From positions 1 to 64,000 of the forward strand of contig JAHQWW010000001.1 in the NCBI GenBank assembly GCA_029856365.1: a stretch of 64,000 nt of DNA, in the 5' to 3' direction. The notes beneath the pieces were generated by a model. That model saw only the letters and a list, made by a program, of their open reading frames with translations. It had not been told where the DNA came from and did not search any database. The stretch is from Candidatus Hodarchaeota archaeon. GTDB taxonomy: Archaea; Asgardarchaeota; Heimdallarchaeia; Hodarchaeales; Hodarchaeaceae. Both the position numbers and the translations under genes were made by a program. The number at the start of each line of letters is the position of its first letter. Within the stretch, counting starts at the first letter, position 1. This document shows, piece after piece, positions 8,865 to 18,710 of this stretch.

Positions 8865-10046
8865 TTGAAAAGTATTAATCGAATACTTGCAGGCTGCTTT
8901 CTGTCTATTTACGTTCTTAGTCTAGCTATAGCACTAGGTGCGTCTATGAATGAAGTAAGATTTCAAACTCATCAAGAGGCCTGGTTACCCTCTTCTTTTC
9001 CTGAAGAACAGGGATTAAACTCGACAAAACTGAATGAAATGCTTGATTTAATCAGTTTGGAACATATCTTGGTTGACTCGATAATCATCGTACGCAATGA
9101 TCATATAATTTTTGAAGAGTACCCCCGTCTCTTCTATAACTCCGAAAAGCGTCACCATCTATTTTCGGTGACGAAGAGTTTCACTTCAGCCCTCATAGGC
9201 ATAGCAATTGATATGGGATTAATTGCTGATGTTGATCAAAAGATTACCGATTTATTCCCTGACAGGACATTTGCCAACCTAGATACGCGGAAACAGGAAA
9301 TAACTCTTGAGCATTTCCTTACAATGACAACAGGTCTCGAATGGGATGATGATATTGATTTCTATGCAATGGAAGCCAGTCAGGATAACATCCAGTACGT
9401 TCTCGATAAACCAATGGTCGCTGAACCTGGAAAGCAATTTAACTATAACTCAGGCGCTTCTCACGTTCTCTCAGCTTTGATAACAGAGGTTACAGGGAAT
9501 TCAACTTTCAATTTTGCCCGTGAACACCTTTTTGAGCCGCTTGAGATAACTAACGTGCGCTGGAACAGAGACGGGGTGGGAATTTATAAGGGTGGAACAC
9601 AGTTATATTTAAAACCAATGGATATGGCAAGATTCGGTTATCTCTACTTGAATAATGGCACTTGGAAAGGTGAGCGGATTGTGCCAGCCGAATGGGTAAC
9701 CAAATCAACTAAAACTCATATCAAGGGGAGGCCTAACCATTTTCCAGGCCGAGAATATGGCTATCAGTGGTGGATTAAATCCACTTACGGATATTATTAC
9801 GCAGATGGGACTCAAGGGCAGAATATTTTCATCATACCACAGTATAACATGGTCGTAACATTTACAGCAACCATCGATTCTGGAGACGTGTGGCCAGTCA
9901 CGCTCTTGCGTGATTACATACTACCTGCTATGGAAGGCTATACCCTACCTTCTCAAGTAGTACCCTGTTTTGAATTTTCTCTAGTTATAGCTATATTGCT
10001 TGCATTACCGATAGTCAAGAGGAAAATGAACGGAAGAGATCTTTAG
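8865..10046 (+). CDS. Exported, C-terminally anchored serine hydrolase (class C beta-lactamase/AmpC-like fold)
   Basis: Signal-like N-terminus, SVTK (SxxK), FNYNSG, YGYQWW; C-terminal PCFEF-TM-KRK sorting-like tail. Confidence 0.85.
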   Translation: MKSINRILAGCFLSIYVLSLAIALGASMNEVRFQTHQEAWLPSSFPEEQGLNSTKLNEMLDLISLEHILVDSIIIVRNDHIIFEEYPRLFYNSEKRHHLFSVTKSFTSALIGIAIDMGLIADVDQKITDLFPDRTFANLDTRKQEITLEHFLTMTTGLEWDDDIDFYAMEASQDNIQYVLDKPMVAEPGKQFNYNSGASHVLSALITEVTGNSTFNFAREHLFEPLEITNVRWNRDGVGIYKGGTQLYLKPMDMARFGYLYLNNGTWKGERIVPAEWVTKSTKTHIKGRPNHFPGREYGYQWWIKSTYGYYYADGTQGQNIFIIPQYNMVVTFTATIDSGDVWPVTLLRDYILPAMEGYTLPSQVVPCFEFSLVIAILLALPIVKRKMNGRDL

Positions 10047-10119
10047 TGCTATATGTGTAACTGTGTTACTGGCAATAGTACCCATCTATATTTAGCTGCT
10101 CTTTATGACATCACAATAA

Positions 10120-10335
10120 TTACTCCGTCACATCGTATTCCCAATAATCGTTTTTAAGGTCGTCATAATCTTCTGTAATGTTGATGTATTCATTGTAGAG
10201 AGCGTCATAATCTTCCTGGAACTTTTGCATGAGAATGTCTTGAGTTTGACTCTTATACACTAATATGAATGTGAGGAAGGTACATTCCACCCGTCTCATG
10301 AGTGAGACAATGGGGACAATGAATCTCCTCCCCAT
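10120..10335 (-). CDS. Short hypothetical protein or gene fragment
   Basis: ORF track only; hydrophobic N-terminus plus heptad-like acidic C-terminus. Confidence 0.3.
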   Translation of the reverse strand: MGRRFIVPIVSLMRRVECTFLTFILVYKSQTQDILMQKFQEDYDALYNEYINITEDYDDLKNDYWEYDVTE

Positions 10336-10410
10336 CGCTAACCAATCAGTTTCCTCTCCTACTTCTGATCATTCTCAATAAGGTATGTATTTTCTTGAAT
10401 AAGGGTTTAT

Positions 10411-11589
10411 TTACCTTTCGATAACCATTGTCAAAGCTTCTCCTCCACCAAGACATATCGTTGCTAGACCACGGTGACCATTTCGGCTTTCGAGTTCATA
10501 GTAGAGAGTCGCCAGAATTCTTGAACCTGAACATCCTAAAGGATGCCCTAAAGCAACGGCACCTCCGTTGACATTGAATTTGTCATCAGGAATGTTTAAA
10601 CTGTTTCGAACCGCACAACTGGCTGAAGCAAATGCTTCATTATGTTCGATAAGATCGAAATTATTAATATTAAAACCAGTTTTTTCGAGTAATTGTTTAA
10701 CACCCGTGACTGGAGCTTCCATAACCCATTCAGGTTTAGTAGCATTAGTACCATAAGATCTAATCTTTGCTAGAATTGGAATGCCCTTCTCCTTTGCTAG
10801 ATCTTCTGACATAACTACAACAGCACTGGCACCATCAGATATTTGAGACGCATTACCGGCAGTTACCTTCCCATCTTTCTTGAAAACCGGTGGTAACTTG
10901 GCTAACCTCTCTAATGAGGTATCTGGACGAATCCCCTCATCCTTGCTGATCGTTACGGTGCCTTTTTTTCGCACGGAAATTTTAACAGGGACAATTTCTT
11001 TCTCAAACTTTCCTTCCTCTGTTGCTTGATGAGCACGTTGATGTGATCGAAGTGCATACGCATCCATTTCCTCACGACTGATATTGAAACGTTCTGAAAT
11101 GATATCACCCGTATTTCCCATAGCCATGTCGTTATAGATATCGTATAACCCATCGTGATACATTGCATCAATTAGTTGATCATTCCCAAAACGGTACCCT
11201 TGACGACCCTTCGAAAGCAAATAGGGAGCCATTGTCATATTTTCTGTCCCTCCAGCCACAATAATGTCCATGTCACCAACCTTAATCATTTGTGCTGCCC
11301 ATATAACAGCAGCCATACCTGAACCACATACTTTGTTAATGGTTATTGCTCCAACTGATACTGGTAATCCAGCATAGATACTTGCTTGTCGTGCTGTATT
11401 TTGAGCACATCCCGCGGAAATAACCTGTCCCATAAGGACGTGATCAACCTCCTTTGGTTCGATTTGAGATCTTTTTACAGCTTCTTTAATAGCTACAGCA
11501 CCTAGTTGCGCTGCAGAAAAATTAGAGAAGGCTCCTAACATTCGACCCATTGGTGTTCTACATATACCTGTTAAAACTGCTGTATTCAT
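10411..11589 (-). CDS. Acetyl-CoA C-acetyltransferase (thiolase)
   Basis: NKVCGSG (catalytic Cys), NEAFA, GHPLG, CLGGG. Confidence 0.93.
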   Translation of the reverse strand: MNTAVLTGICRTPMGRMLGAFSNFSAAQLGAVAIKEAVKRSQIEPKEVDHVLMGQVISAGCAQNTARQASIYAGLPVSVGAITINKVCGSGMAAVIWAAQMIKVGDMDIIVAGGTENMTMAPYLLSKGRQGYRFGNDQLIDAMYHDGLYDIYNDMAMGNTGDIISERFNISREEMDAYALRSHQRAHQATEEGKFEKEIVPVKISVRKKGTVTISKDEGIRPDTSLERLAKLPPVFKKDGKVTAGNASQISDGASAVVVMSEDLAKEKGIPILAKIRSYGTNATKPEWVMEAPVTGVKQLLEKTGFNINNFDLIEHNEAFASASCAVRNSLNIPDDKFNVNGGAVALGHPLGCSGSRILATLYYELESRNGHRGLATICLGGGEALTMVIER

Positions 11590-11927
11590 TGTAAGTACCT
11601 CAATTCAGTACATGACAAATCCTACGGAAATTGTTATTATTTTTTGCTAGTTATTTTCTAATTATTTGATATATAAAATTAAGATTTACAGTAATTTTAG
11701 GATGGATTATTGAATAACAATCCTTAGTTATCTTCAATTAAATTTTTAATTTGATTCTGTTGACTATCTTAAGATTGAATAGCTTTTTCATGTCTATATT
11801 CCTCTAGTTTTGTATTGATTTTTGTAGGGAATCAATATTGAATTGCTAGTCAAATACTATTAACAAGATTAGAAAAATATAACGAATAGCTTATAAAGGT
11901 CTATGAGAGAGGATAACGAGGATAGAT

Positions 11928-11941
11928 TAGTCTATAGACTA
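11928..11941. promoter_or_regulatory. Perfect 14-bp palindrome, possible operator
   Basis: TAGTCTATAGACTA lies about 30 bp downstream of a TTATAAA box (11891-11897) in the divergent thiolase/GTPase gap. Confidence 0.3.
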
Positions 11942-12016
11942 TTTATCAGAATAGTGAAAAAATAGGAGAAAATCAGTTAAAATACAATAAAGGGTTTAGG
12001 GCTAAGGGATTGTGAA

Positions 12017-12709
12017 ATGAAGAAACAAGGCACCTCCCGCGGAACCGCATTAAGGCCTGGTACAAAACTTCGTGCTAAAATCGTCTTAATTGGCGATGGC
12101 GGTGTAGGTAAAACCGCACTTCGCCGCGCGTGGCTTGGGGAAGGGTTCAAAACAGAATATTTAATGACAATCGGCGCTGATTTTGCTAGTCAAGAGATGT
12201 CACTATATTTCACTGAAACCAAATTAACCTATGATTTGAAGTTCCAAATTTGGGATCTAGCAGGTCAACCACGATTTAAAGCTGTTCGAGATCTATATTA
12301 CCGCGGGGCCATCGGAGCTCTCTGTTTCTTTGATATCACGAATCAGGAGTCATATATGAACCTTGTTGAGTGGATACAGTCTTATTGGGCCTTAAATGGA
12401 TATGGAAAGGCACCTCTCCTCATTGTTGGCTCAAAATGTGATCTACGTGACAATCCAGCCTTCCCAACTCAGGTATCTGCTCGATATGGAAAAGAATATG
12501 CAGCAGAACTGACCAAACTCTTGCAACATAAATATGGATTTAGCGTCCACTACATTGAGACATCCGCTAAGGAAGACATTAATGTCGATGTGGCGTTTAA
12601 AACCCTTGCCAAAGAAATTATTAGGAGCACTATTCACCAAGAAAAAGTACGCACTGACCGAAAAACAAGTCAAAAAAAAATGTTGACTGATCAAATTAGA
12701 TCGAAATAG
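12017..12709 (+). CDS. Rab-like small GTPase (Ras superfamily, eukaryotic signature protein)
   Basis: G1 GDGGVGKT, G2 YLMTIG, G3 WDLAGQ, RabF-like RFKAVRDLYYRGA, G4 variant SKCD, G5 ETSAK. Confidence 0.9.
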   Translation: MKKQGTSRGTALRPGTKLRAKIVLIGDGGVGKTALRRAWLGEGFKTEYLMTIGADFASQEMSLYFTETKLTYDLKFQIWDLAGQPRFKAVRDLYYRGAIGALCFFDITNQESYMNLVEWIQSYWALNGYGKAPLLIVGSKCDLRDNPAFPTQVSARYGKEYAAELTKLLQHKYGFSVHYIETSAKEDINVDVAFKTLAKEIIRSTIHQEKVRTDRKTSQKKMLTDQIRSK

Positions 12710-12894
12710 GCTTTTACAGTACATCTTAACCTCTTTTTAGGATAACTTTGAACAATTTTACCGAAATTGGGTAAAAAGGCCCTGTAATTATTTTTTGTAT
12801 AGAACATAACCCCATAAGAATTTTATGAGGATAGTTCTTGTGGTGAACCTAACGGATTAAACAGTCCTTATTATATTTACTTGAGGTACAGTTA

Positions 12895-14121
12895 ATGAAA
12901 CAAATTACAAAGATTTTTAAGACATTCAATTTTTCAAAAGAGGAGCAAGAACAAAATCAGATGATCTTAGACATGGTTTATGAGCTCGCTATGAATGAAA
13001 TCATCGAAAAAGAGCAGGATTGGGACGAAGAAGGAGCACATTTTGACCCAGCAACAAAACAAGTATCTTATCCAAGTGGAATGATGGATCTCTACAAAAA
13101 ATGCCAAGAGAATGATCTCTTCGCGATAATCGTTCCTGAAAAGTATGATGGATTTGGTTTAAGTTACACGTTATGGACAGCCGTCATAGAATTAATGGCA
13201 CGAGCCTCTTTAGCTTTTTCTATGTTCTTTCCAAGTCAGAGTCTCAGTATTGAGATTATAAACAATCATGGAACAGCCCAAGCTAAAGAAAAGTATCTCC
13301 CGTTACTTTCAAGTGGAGATGCCATTGGGGCCATGGCCTTTTCTGAACCTAATGCTGGATCTGATATCTCTGCTGTCACTACGAAGGCTGAATTAGAAGG
13401 CAATTCCTATTATCTCACTGGTAACAAGATTTGGCTATCACACGGAGGCGCTGCTGGAACAAACATTGGACTTGCCGTTACGGATAAATCCAAGGGTCCT
13501 CGAGGGTTAAGTGCTTTTGTGATTGATCCTGAAATTGCTGGAGATGGATATGAAGTAGTCCGAATTGAAGAAAAAATGGGTTTACACGGATCAATAACGG
13601 CTCAAGTGGCCCTAGATCGTGCTGAGGTACCTAAAGAAAATCTTTTAGGTAATGAAAATGAGGGTTTACGCTTGGTATTAGGAAGTTTAGCCTCTAGCCG
13701 AATAGGGATTGCGGCGCAATCAGCAGGTATTGCAGAAACAGCATTACAGGAAAGTATCAATTATGCAAACCAGCGTGTTCAATTTGGTCGGCCTATAGGA
13801 AAACATCAAGCGATTTCATTTATGCTTGCAGACATGGCGACCCAAGTACATCAAGCTCGTCTACTTTATCTCAATACTGCTCGAATGAAGGATAACGGGG
13901 AAAATACTCAAATTGAATCATCTATTGCCAAATATTATGCTACTGAAGCTGCGCAAAAAGTTACTTATGATGCAGTTCAAATTCATGGTGGATATGGATA
14001 TAGCCGAGAATATCGGGTTGAAAGATTGTTTAGAGATGCTAGAGTGCTCACAATTTACGAGGGAACGTCCGAAATGCAGAAAACAATTATTTCTCGTGGA
14101 ACCCAAGCTCGAGCTGAATAA
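12895..14121 (+). CDS. Acyl-CoA dehydrogenase
   Basis: FSEPNAGSD, GNKIWLS, EEKMG, RVQFGRPI, QIHGGYGY, IYEGTSE. Confidence 0.93.
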   Translation: MKQITKIFKTFNFSKEEQEQNQMILDMVYELAMNEIIEKEQDWDEEGAHFDPATKQVSYPSGMMDLYKKCQENDLFAIIVPEKYDGFGLSYTLWTAVIELMARASLAFSMFFPSQSLSIEIINNHGTAQAKEKYLPLLSSGDAIGAMAFSEPNAGSDISAVTTKAELEGNSYYLTGNKIWLSHGGAAGTNIGLAVTDKSKGPRGLSAFVIDPEIAGDGYEVVRIEEKMGLHGSITAQVALDRAEVPKENLLGNENEGLRLVLGSLASSRIGIAAQSAGIAETALQESINYANQRVQFGRPIGKHQAISFMLADMATQVHQARLLYLNTARMKDNGENTQIESSIAKYYATEAAQKVTYDAVQIHGGYGYSREYRVERLFRDARVLTIYEGTSEMQKTIISRGTQARAE

Positions 14122-14143
14122 TTAATCAGGATGGAATGGAAAT

Positions 14144-14944
14144 ATGAATATTATTGTATTTATCAAAGCAACAATAGATAGAAATGCACCCCTAGGGCCT
14201 GATGAAACCTTTCCAGGGGATAGAGACGACAAAGCTGACGTTATGACGAATAATTATGATAAGCACGCCATAGAAGCCGCTCTTCAGATTGTTGAGAAAA
14301 AGGGTGATGGAAAAGTCACTGCAGTGTGTCTAGGTTCTGATATGGCTGATAAGGTTGTCAAAGAAGCAATCGCAATGGGGTGTCATGAAGCCTTTCGAAT
14401 CGAAAACTCAGAAGCACGTGTGATTAATTTCTTTTCTGTTGCTAAAATTCTTGCAGCTGCCATCAAGAAAATTGGAACTTATGATTTAATTCTCTTTGGG
14501 ATGCAAAGCTATGATTATGGTACGGCAACAATGGCTCCCATGGTTTCTGAGTTTCTTGATCTTCCCACTGCCTCTTGGGTTGAAAGAATTTCGTTAAATG
14601 GTGATAAAATTAATGTTGAAAAAGTTATTGAGGGTGGTACTAGAACAATTGAACTCCAATTACCCGCAGTTCTTAGTATTGCTTCCAGTGGTGACTTCGA
14701 AGAACCTCGCTATACTAGTGTCCGTAGAATTATGAAAGCTAGCAGAACTAAAGTTCCTGTCTGGGAAATAGACAAATTAGAAGCTGGAGCTCTTGACACC
14801 AATGTCGAGTTCACCAAAATTGAGCAACCTCCAGCGCGCATGGAAGAGTGTGTTGTTTTTAAAGACGATGATGTACCTGTATTGATAGATAATCTGCTAT
14901 CAGCACTTAAAGACAAAGGGTTAAACCTGGGAGCATACAAATAA
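14144..14944 (+). CDS. etfB: Electron transfer flavoprotein beta subunit
   Basis: NNYDKHAIEAA, AIAMGC, DLILFGMQSYD, EPRY; lies between the acyl-CoA dehydrogenase and etfA. Confidence 0.88.
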   Translation: MNIIVFIKATIDRNAPLGPDETFPGDRDDKADVMTNNYDKHAIEAALQIVEKKGDGKVTAVCLGSDMADKVVKEAIAMGCHEAFRIENSEARVINFFSVAKILAAAIKKIGTYDLILFGMQSYDYGTATMAPMVSEFLDLPTASWVERISLNGDKINVEKVIEGGTRTIELQLPAVLSIASSGDFEEPRYTSVRRIMKASRTKVPVWEIDKLEAGALDTNVEFTKIEQPPARMEECVVFKDDDVPVLIDNLLSALKDKGLNLGAYK

Positions 14945-14957
14945 GAGGTGAAGAGGA

Positions 14958-15926
14958 ATGACAAAGTTAATTGTGGTTATTGAAATTGCCAAAGGAAAAA
15001 TCACAGGGATAACAAAGGAATGTCTTACTGTGGCAAAAAAACTGAGTGAGGATCTGGGTGTAGATATTGAGGGAGTTATGCTAGGTCATGGTATCAATGA
15101 TTTAGCCGTCAACGCGACTAAATATGGTATAAAGAAAATTTACAAGGTTGATGATGCACAATTTGCTGGAATAAACATCCTTTATCATACTCGAACATTA
15201 GAAGAGCTAGTCAAGCAATTTTCACCACCTACTATCATCATGGCAGGAGCAAGTCTTTATGGACAGGAAATAATCCCTCGATTAGCAGCCAGGTTCAACT
15301 CAGCTATATTCGCATCCGTGACATCTTTAGTTCTTGAAGGTGATAATCTTGTTGGAATTCATCCTCTCTTTGAAGAGAAACTTCTCGGGACAATGTCAGC
15401 TGATAAGAATCAAATGAATTTTGTGACAATTTTAGGTGGTAATAATCCTGAAGCTGAAATTGATGAATCATTATCTGGAGAGGTTACGGACTTTGCCCCT
15501 GTAATTTCTGAACGTGATAAACGAGAGACTTTTGTAGAAGAAAAAATCGCCAAGGTATCCGTTGATATTACGAAAGCAAAGCTAATTATTGCAGGTGGCC
15601 GTGGTGTAGGGGGTAAGGAAAAGTTTGGAATCATTCATGAAACAGCTAAAACACTTGGTGGCGAAGTTGGAGCAAGTCGTGCAGCTGTAGACGCAGATTG
15701 GGTACCTTACGATCATGAGATTGGTCAAACAGGGAAAACAATTACACCTGATTTCTACATTGGTTGTGGAATCTCTGGAGCTATTCAACACCTTGTTGGT
15801 ATGAGGAACTCTAAAACAATAATTGCTGTTAATACAGATGAAGAAGCTCCAATGCTTGATGTTGCTCACTATGCAATTATTGCTGATCTTCACGAAGTCC
15901 TTCCCGAACTAATAAAAAAACTCTAA
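14958..15926 (+). CDS. etfA: Electron transfer flavoprotein alpha subunit
   Basis: AGGRG, GASRAAVD, IGQTGK, GISGAIQHLVGM. Confidence 0.93.
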   Translation: MTKLIVVIEIAKGKITGITKECLTVAKKLSEDLGVDIEGVMLGHGINDLAVNATKYGIKKIYKVDDAQFAGINILYHTRTLEELVKQFSPPTIIMAGASLYGQEIIPRLAARFNSAIFASVTSLVLEGDNLVGIHPLFEEKLLGTMSADKNQMNFVTILGGNNPEAEIDESLSGEVTDFAPVISERDKRETFVEEKIAKVSVDITKAKLIIAGGRGVGGKEKFGIIHETAKTLGGEVGASRAAVDADWVPYDHEIGQTGKTITPDFYIGCGISGAIQHLVGMRNSKTIIAVNTDEEAPMLDVAHYAIIADLHEVLPELIKKL

Positions 15927-16069
15927 TTTTAATTATTGGATGAGTATTCCAATAAGAGTTATTTTATTCCTCTTTTTTCTTGAGTTTAAGGACACTTTTT
16001 TTTAATGTAAGAAAACTCTAAAAATGCTTCCTAAATAATTGAAAGCAAATTTCAATCAAGGGCTCAATA

Positions 16070-17032
16070 ATGAAAGAGTATTTTTTAATTATTAATCCTG
16101 TGGCTGCTGGAGGACGTGTTGAAAAGCTTTGGTATGAGCAAATAAAGCCATTAGTAGACAAATATAGATTAGAATACGATTTCGAGTTTACCACGCATTC
16201 ACAACATGCAATTGAAATTGCTCAAACTCGTGTTAATGAGGGGTACATGATAATGTGTTCTGTTGGTGGTGATGGAACTGCAAATGAAGTACTTAATGGT
16301 GTCCTGAGAGCTAAAAGGCCTGGAGTCTTTTCTGCAATTCCTGTCGGCACAGGCGACGACATTCCCACTGTTTATGGGATTCCAGAGGGAGATCTGGAAG
16401 CAGCTGTCCAGTGTTTAGCAGAAGGCCAAAATAAAGCATTTGATGTAGGTTATTGTGAAACTGCTGATCGGTATTTTGCAGGTGTAGCTTCGATGGGATT
16501 TGATGCAGAAGTAGCTGATCGTACCAATAAAGGTTCAAAAAGGTTAAGTGGGACACAAAATTATCAAATAGCTCTTTTGAAGACGTTACTGAAGTTTAAG
16601 CCATACGATCTGGTGATAAGATGTGATGAAAATCCCCTAATCGAAGGTCAAAGAATGTTACTTGCCATAGGAAATGGAAAACGGTATGGGGGAGGTATGC
16701 ACATTTGTCCTTACGCAGAAATAACAGATGGAAAATTTGCGTTAACAACCTTATGTAAGATCAGTCGAATCACCCTTCTTAGAGTTTTTCCCAAGGTCTA
16801 TAATGGCAAGCATGTCAATCATAAAAGTGTAGAAACCTTTGAAGGTTCAACAATACATGTAGACTCTCCAAAAAAGCAATGTTTATATCAGGTTGATGGT
16901 GAAATTATGGGGTATTTACCTGAAACCTTTGTAACTAAATCTAATGCTCTCACGGTAAGAGTTCCCGATCCATGGATCTCATATTCAGAAATTTGGAAAA
17001 GAAAGATGGATCAGGAAAAAAAGAAGAATTAA
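16070..17032 (+). CDS. YegS/DagK-family lipid kinase
   Basis: NPVAAGG, GGDGTANEVLNG, IPVGTGDD, GFDAEV, YGGG, QVDGE. Confidence 0.88.
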   Translation: MKEYFLIINPVAAGGRVEKLWYEQIKPLVDKYRLEYDFEFTTHSQHAIEIAQTRVNEGYMIMCSVGGDGTANEVLNGVLRAKRPGVFSAIPVGTGDDIPTVYGIPEGDLEAAVQCLAEGQNKAFDVGYCETADRYFAGVASMGFDAEVADRTNKGSKRLSGTQNYQIALLKTLLKFKPYDLVIRCDENPLIEGQRMLLAIGNGKRYGGGMHICPYAEITDGKFALTTLCKISRITLLRVFPKVYNGKHVNHKSVETFEGSTIHVDSPKKQCLYQVDGEIMGYLPETFVTKSNALTVRVPDPWISYSEIWKRKMDQEKKKN

Positions 17033-17142
17033 AATGCAATAACATATAAAAGTTTATCAGAAGAGAAAAAAAGAATATTGTAGTGCAAACAATCAAGAAA
17101 ATAATTCATTAACCTTTTTTTCAAATATTAAGGAGATTTAAA

Positions 17143-18414
17143 ATGAAAATCAAAAATATTCATGCAAGAGAAGTGTTTGACTCTCGTGGAAATCCCACTG
17201 TCGAAGTGGATTGCAGACTTGATGATGGTTCGTTTACTCGCGCCATGGTGCCTTCAGGTGCAAGTACTGGTATACATGAAGCTCTTGAATTGAGAGATGG
17301 TGGTACCAGACTCATGGGAAAATCAGTTTCGAAAGCAGTTACGAATGTGAACAATATTGCGTCAAAATTAATTGGTTTGGATCCCAAAAATCAAACTGAA
17401 ATCGACAAACTTCTGCTTGAAATTGATGGAACTGAAAATAAGTCAAAACTAGGAGCCAATGCGATTCTAGGGGTCTCCATGGCAGTATGCAAAGCGGGAG
17501 CTCAAAGCCAAGGTATCCCCCTTTATCATCATCTAGGAAATCTTCGAGGTAATGACCAATTTGTGTTGCCTATTCCGAGTCTAAATGTGATCAACGGTGG
17601 AGAGCATGGTGGAAATGATATTGCTTTCCAAGAATTTATGTTAATGCCCGTAGATGCGCCTACTTTTAAGGAAGCAATGGTTTTAGGTGTCGAAGTGTAT
17701 CATACCTTGAAAAAGATCATTAAAAAGAAACACGGAGTCACCGCTGTTAATGTAGGTGATGAAGGTGGATTTGCTCCTCCTTTAAGCCTAGTTGAAGAGC
17801 CATTGAAGCTTATAATGGAAGCAATCGATGAGGCTGGTCATACAGGGAGATTTCAGCTAGCACTGGATCCTGCAGCATCTGAATTCTACGAAAATGGAAA
17901 ATATATCGTAGATGGCAAAGCGTTAGACAAAGATGCTTTTGTAGAGGTATACGAAGGTTTTATTGAAAAATACCCTATAATTTCTATCGAGGATCCTTTT
18001 GATCAAGATGATTGGGCAACTTTTCAGAAATTTACTCTGAGAAATGGAGATAAAATCCAAATTGTTGGTGATGATTTGTTGGTTACAAATGTCAACCGTA
18101 TTCAAAAAGCCATTGATTCTAAAGCTTGTAATGCACTCTTGTTAAAGGTTAACCAGATTGGATCAGTCACAGAGAGTATTAATGCAGCAAAACTTAGTCA
18201 GGATAATGGTTGGACAGTAATGGTGTCTCACAGATCTGGTGAGACAGAGGATCCTTTCATAGCAGATTTAGTGGTTGGATTAAAAACAGGTCAGATCAAA
18301 ACAGGTGCTCCATGTCGCTCTGAAAGATTAGCAAAATATAACCAGTTAATCCGAATTGAGGAACTGTTGGGTGATCAAGCGACGTATGCAGGTACAAAAT
18401 TCCAGCACCTCTGA
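17143..18414 (+). CDS. eno: Enolase
   Basis: [51 protein letters not shown]. Confidence 0.97.
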   Translation: MKIKNIHAREVFDSRGNPTVEVDCRLDDGSFTRAMVPSGASTGIHEALELRDGGTRLMGKSVSKAVTNVNNIASKLIGLDPKNQTEIDKLLLEIDGTENKSKLGANAILGVSMAVCKAGAQSQGIPLYHHLGNLRGNDQFVLPIPSLNVINGGEHGGNDIAFQEFMLMPVDAPTFKEAMVLGVEVYHTLKKIIKKKHGVTAVNVGDEGGFAPPLSLVEEPLKLIMEAIDEAGHTGRFQLALDPAASEFYENGKYIVDGKALDKDAFVEVYEGFIEKYPIISIEDPFDQDDWATFQKFTLRNGDKIQIVGDDLLVTNVNRIQKAIDSKACNALLLKVNQIGSVTESINAAKLSQDNGWTVMVSHRSGETEDPFIADLVVGLKTGQIKTGAPCRSERLAKYNQLIRIEELLGDQATYAGTKFQHL

Positions 18415-18434
18415 ACCTCAGTCTTTTCTTTTAC

Positions 18435-18482
18435 GAGAAATATCCTGTTGTACGATAAAAAGGATTTTTCTCTTTCTTTTTT
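18435..18482 (+). terminator. Putative hairpin plus U-rich terminator after eno
   Basis: GAGAAATATCCT (18435-18446) pairs with AGGATTTTTCTC (18461-18472) with one mismatch, followed by TTTCTTTTTT. Confidence 0.45.
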
Positions 18483-18710
18483 CTGATTTGCTTTCTTCTT
18501 TCTTTATTGAAAATCTCTGAACTGGATCAAAAGGACTTCCACTTTTTTAGAGTTTTCATAAGGTCATTATAAATTAAAAACGTAATCCTGTATTAAATTA
18601 AATATATATATTTTTGTTTAAAAGGGTCTACTTGGCGAAATAAACTAAATTCAGAAAGGAATTCGTCTTAATCTATAAATTTTATTACTAATTCATAGAC
18701 GTGTTAAACA

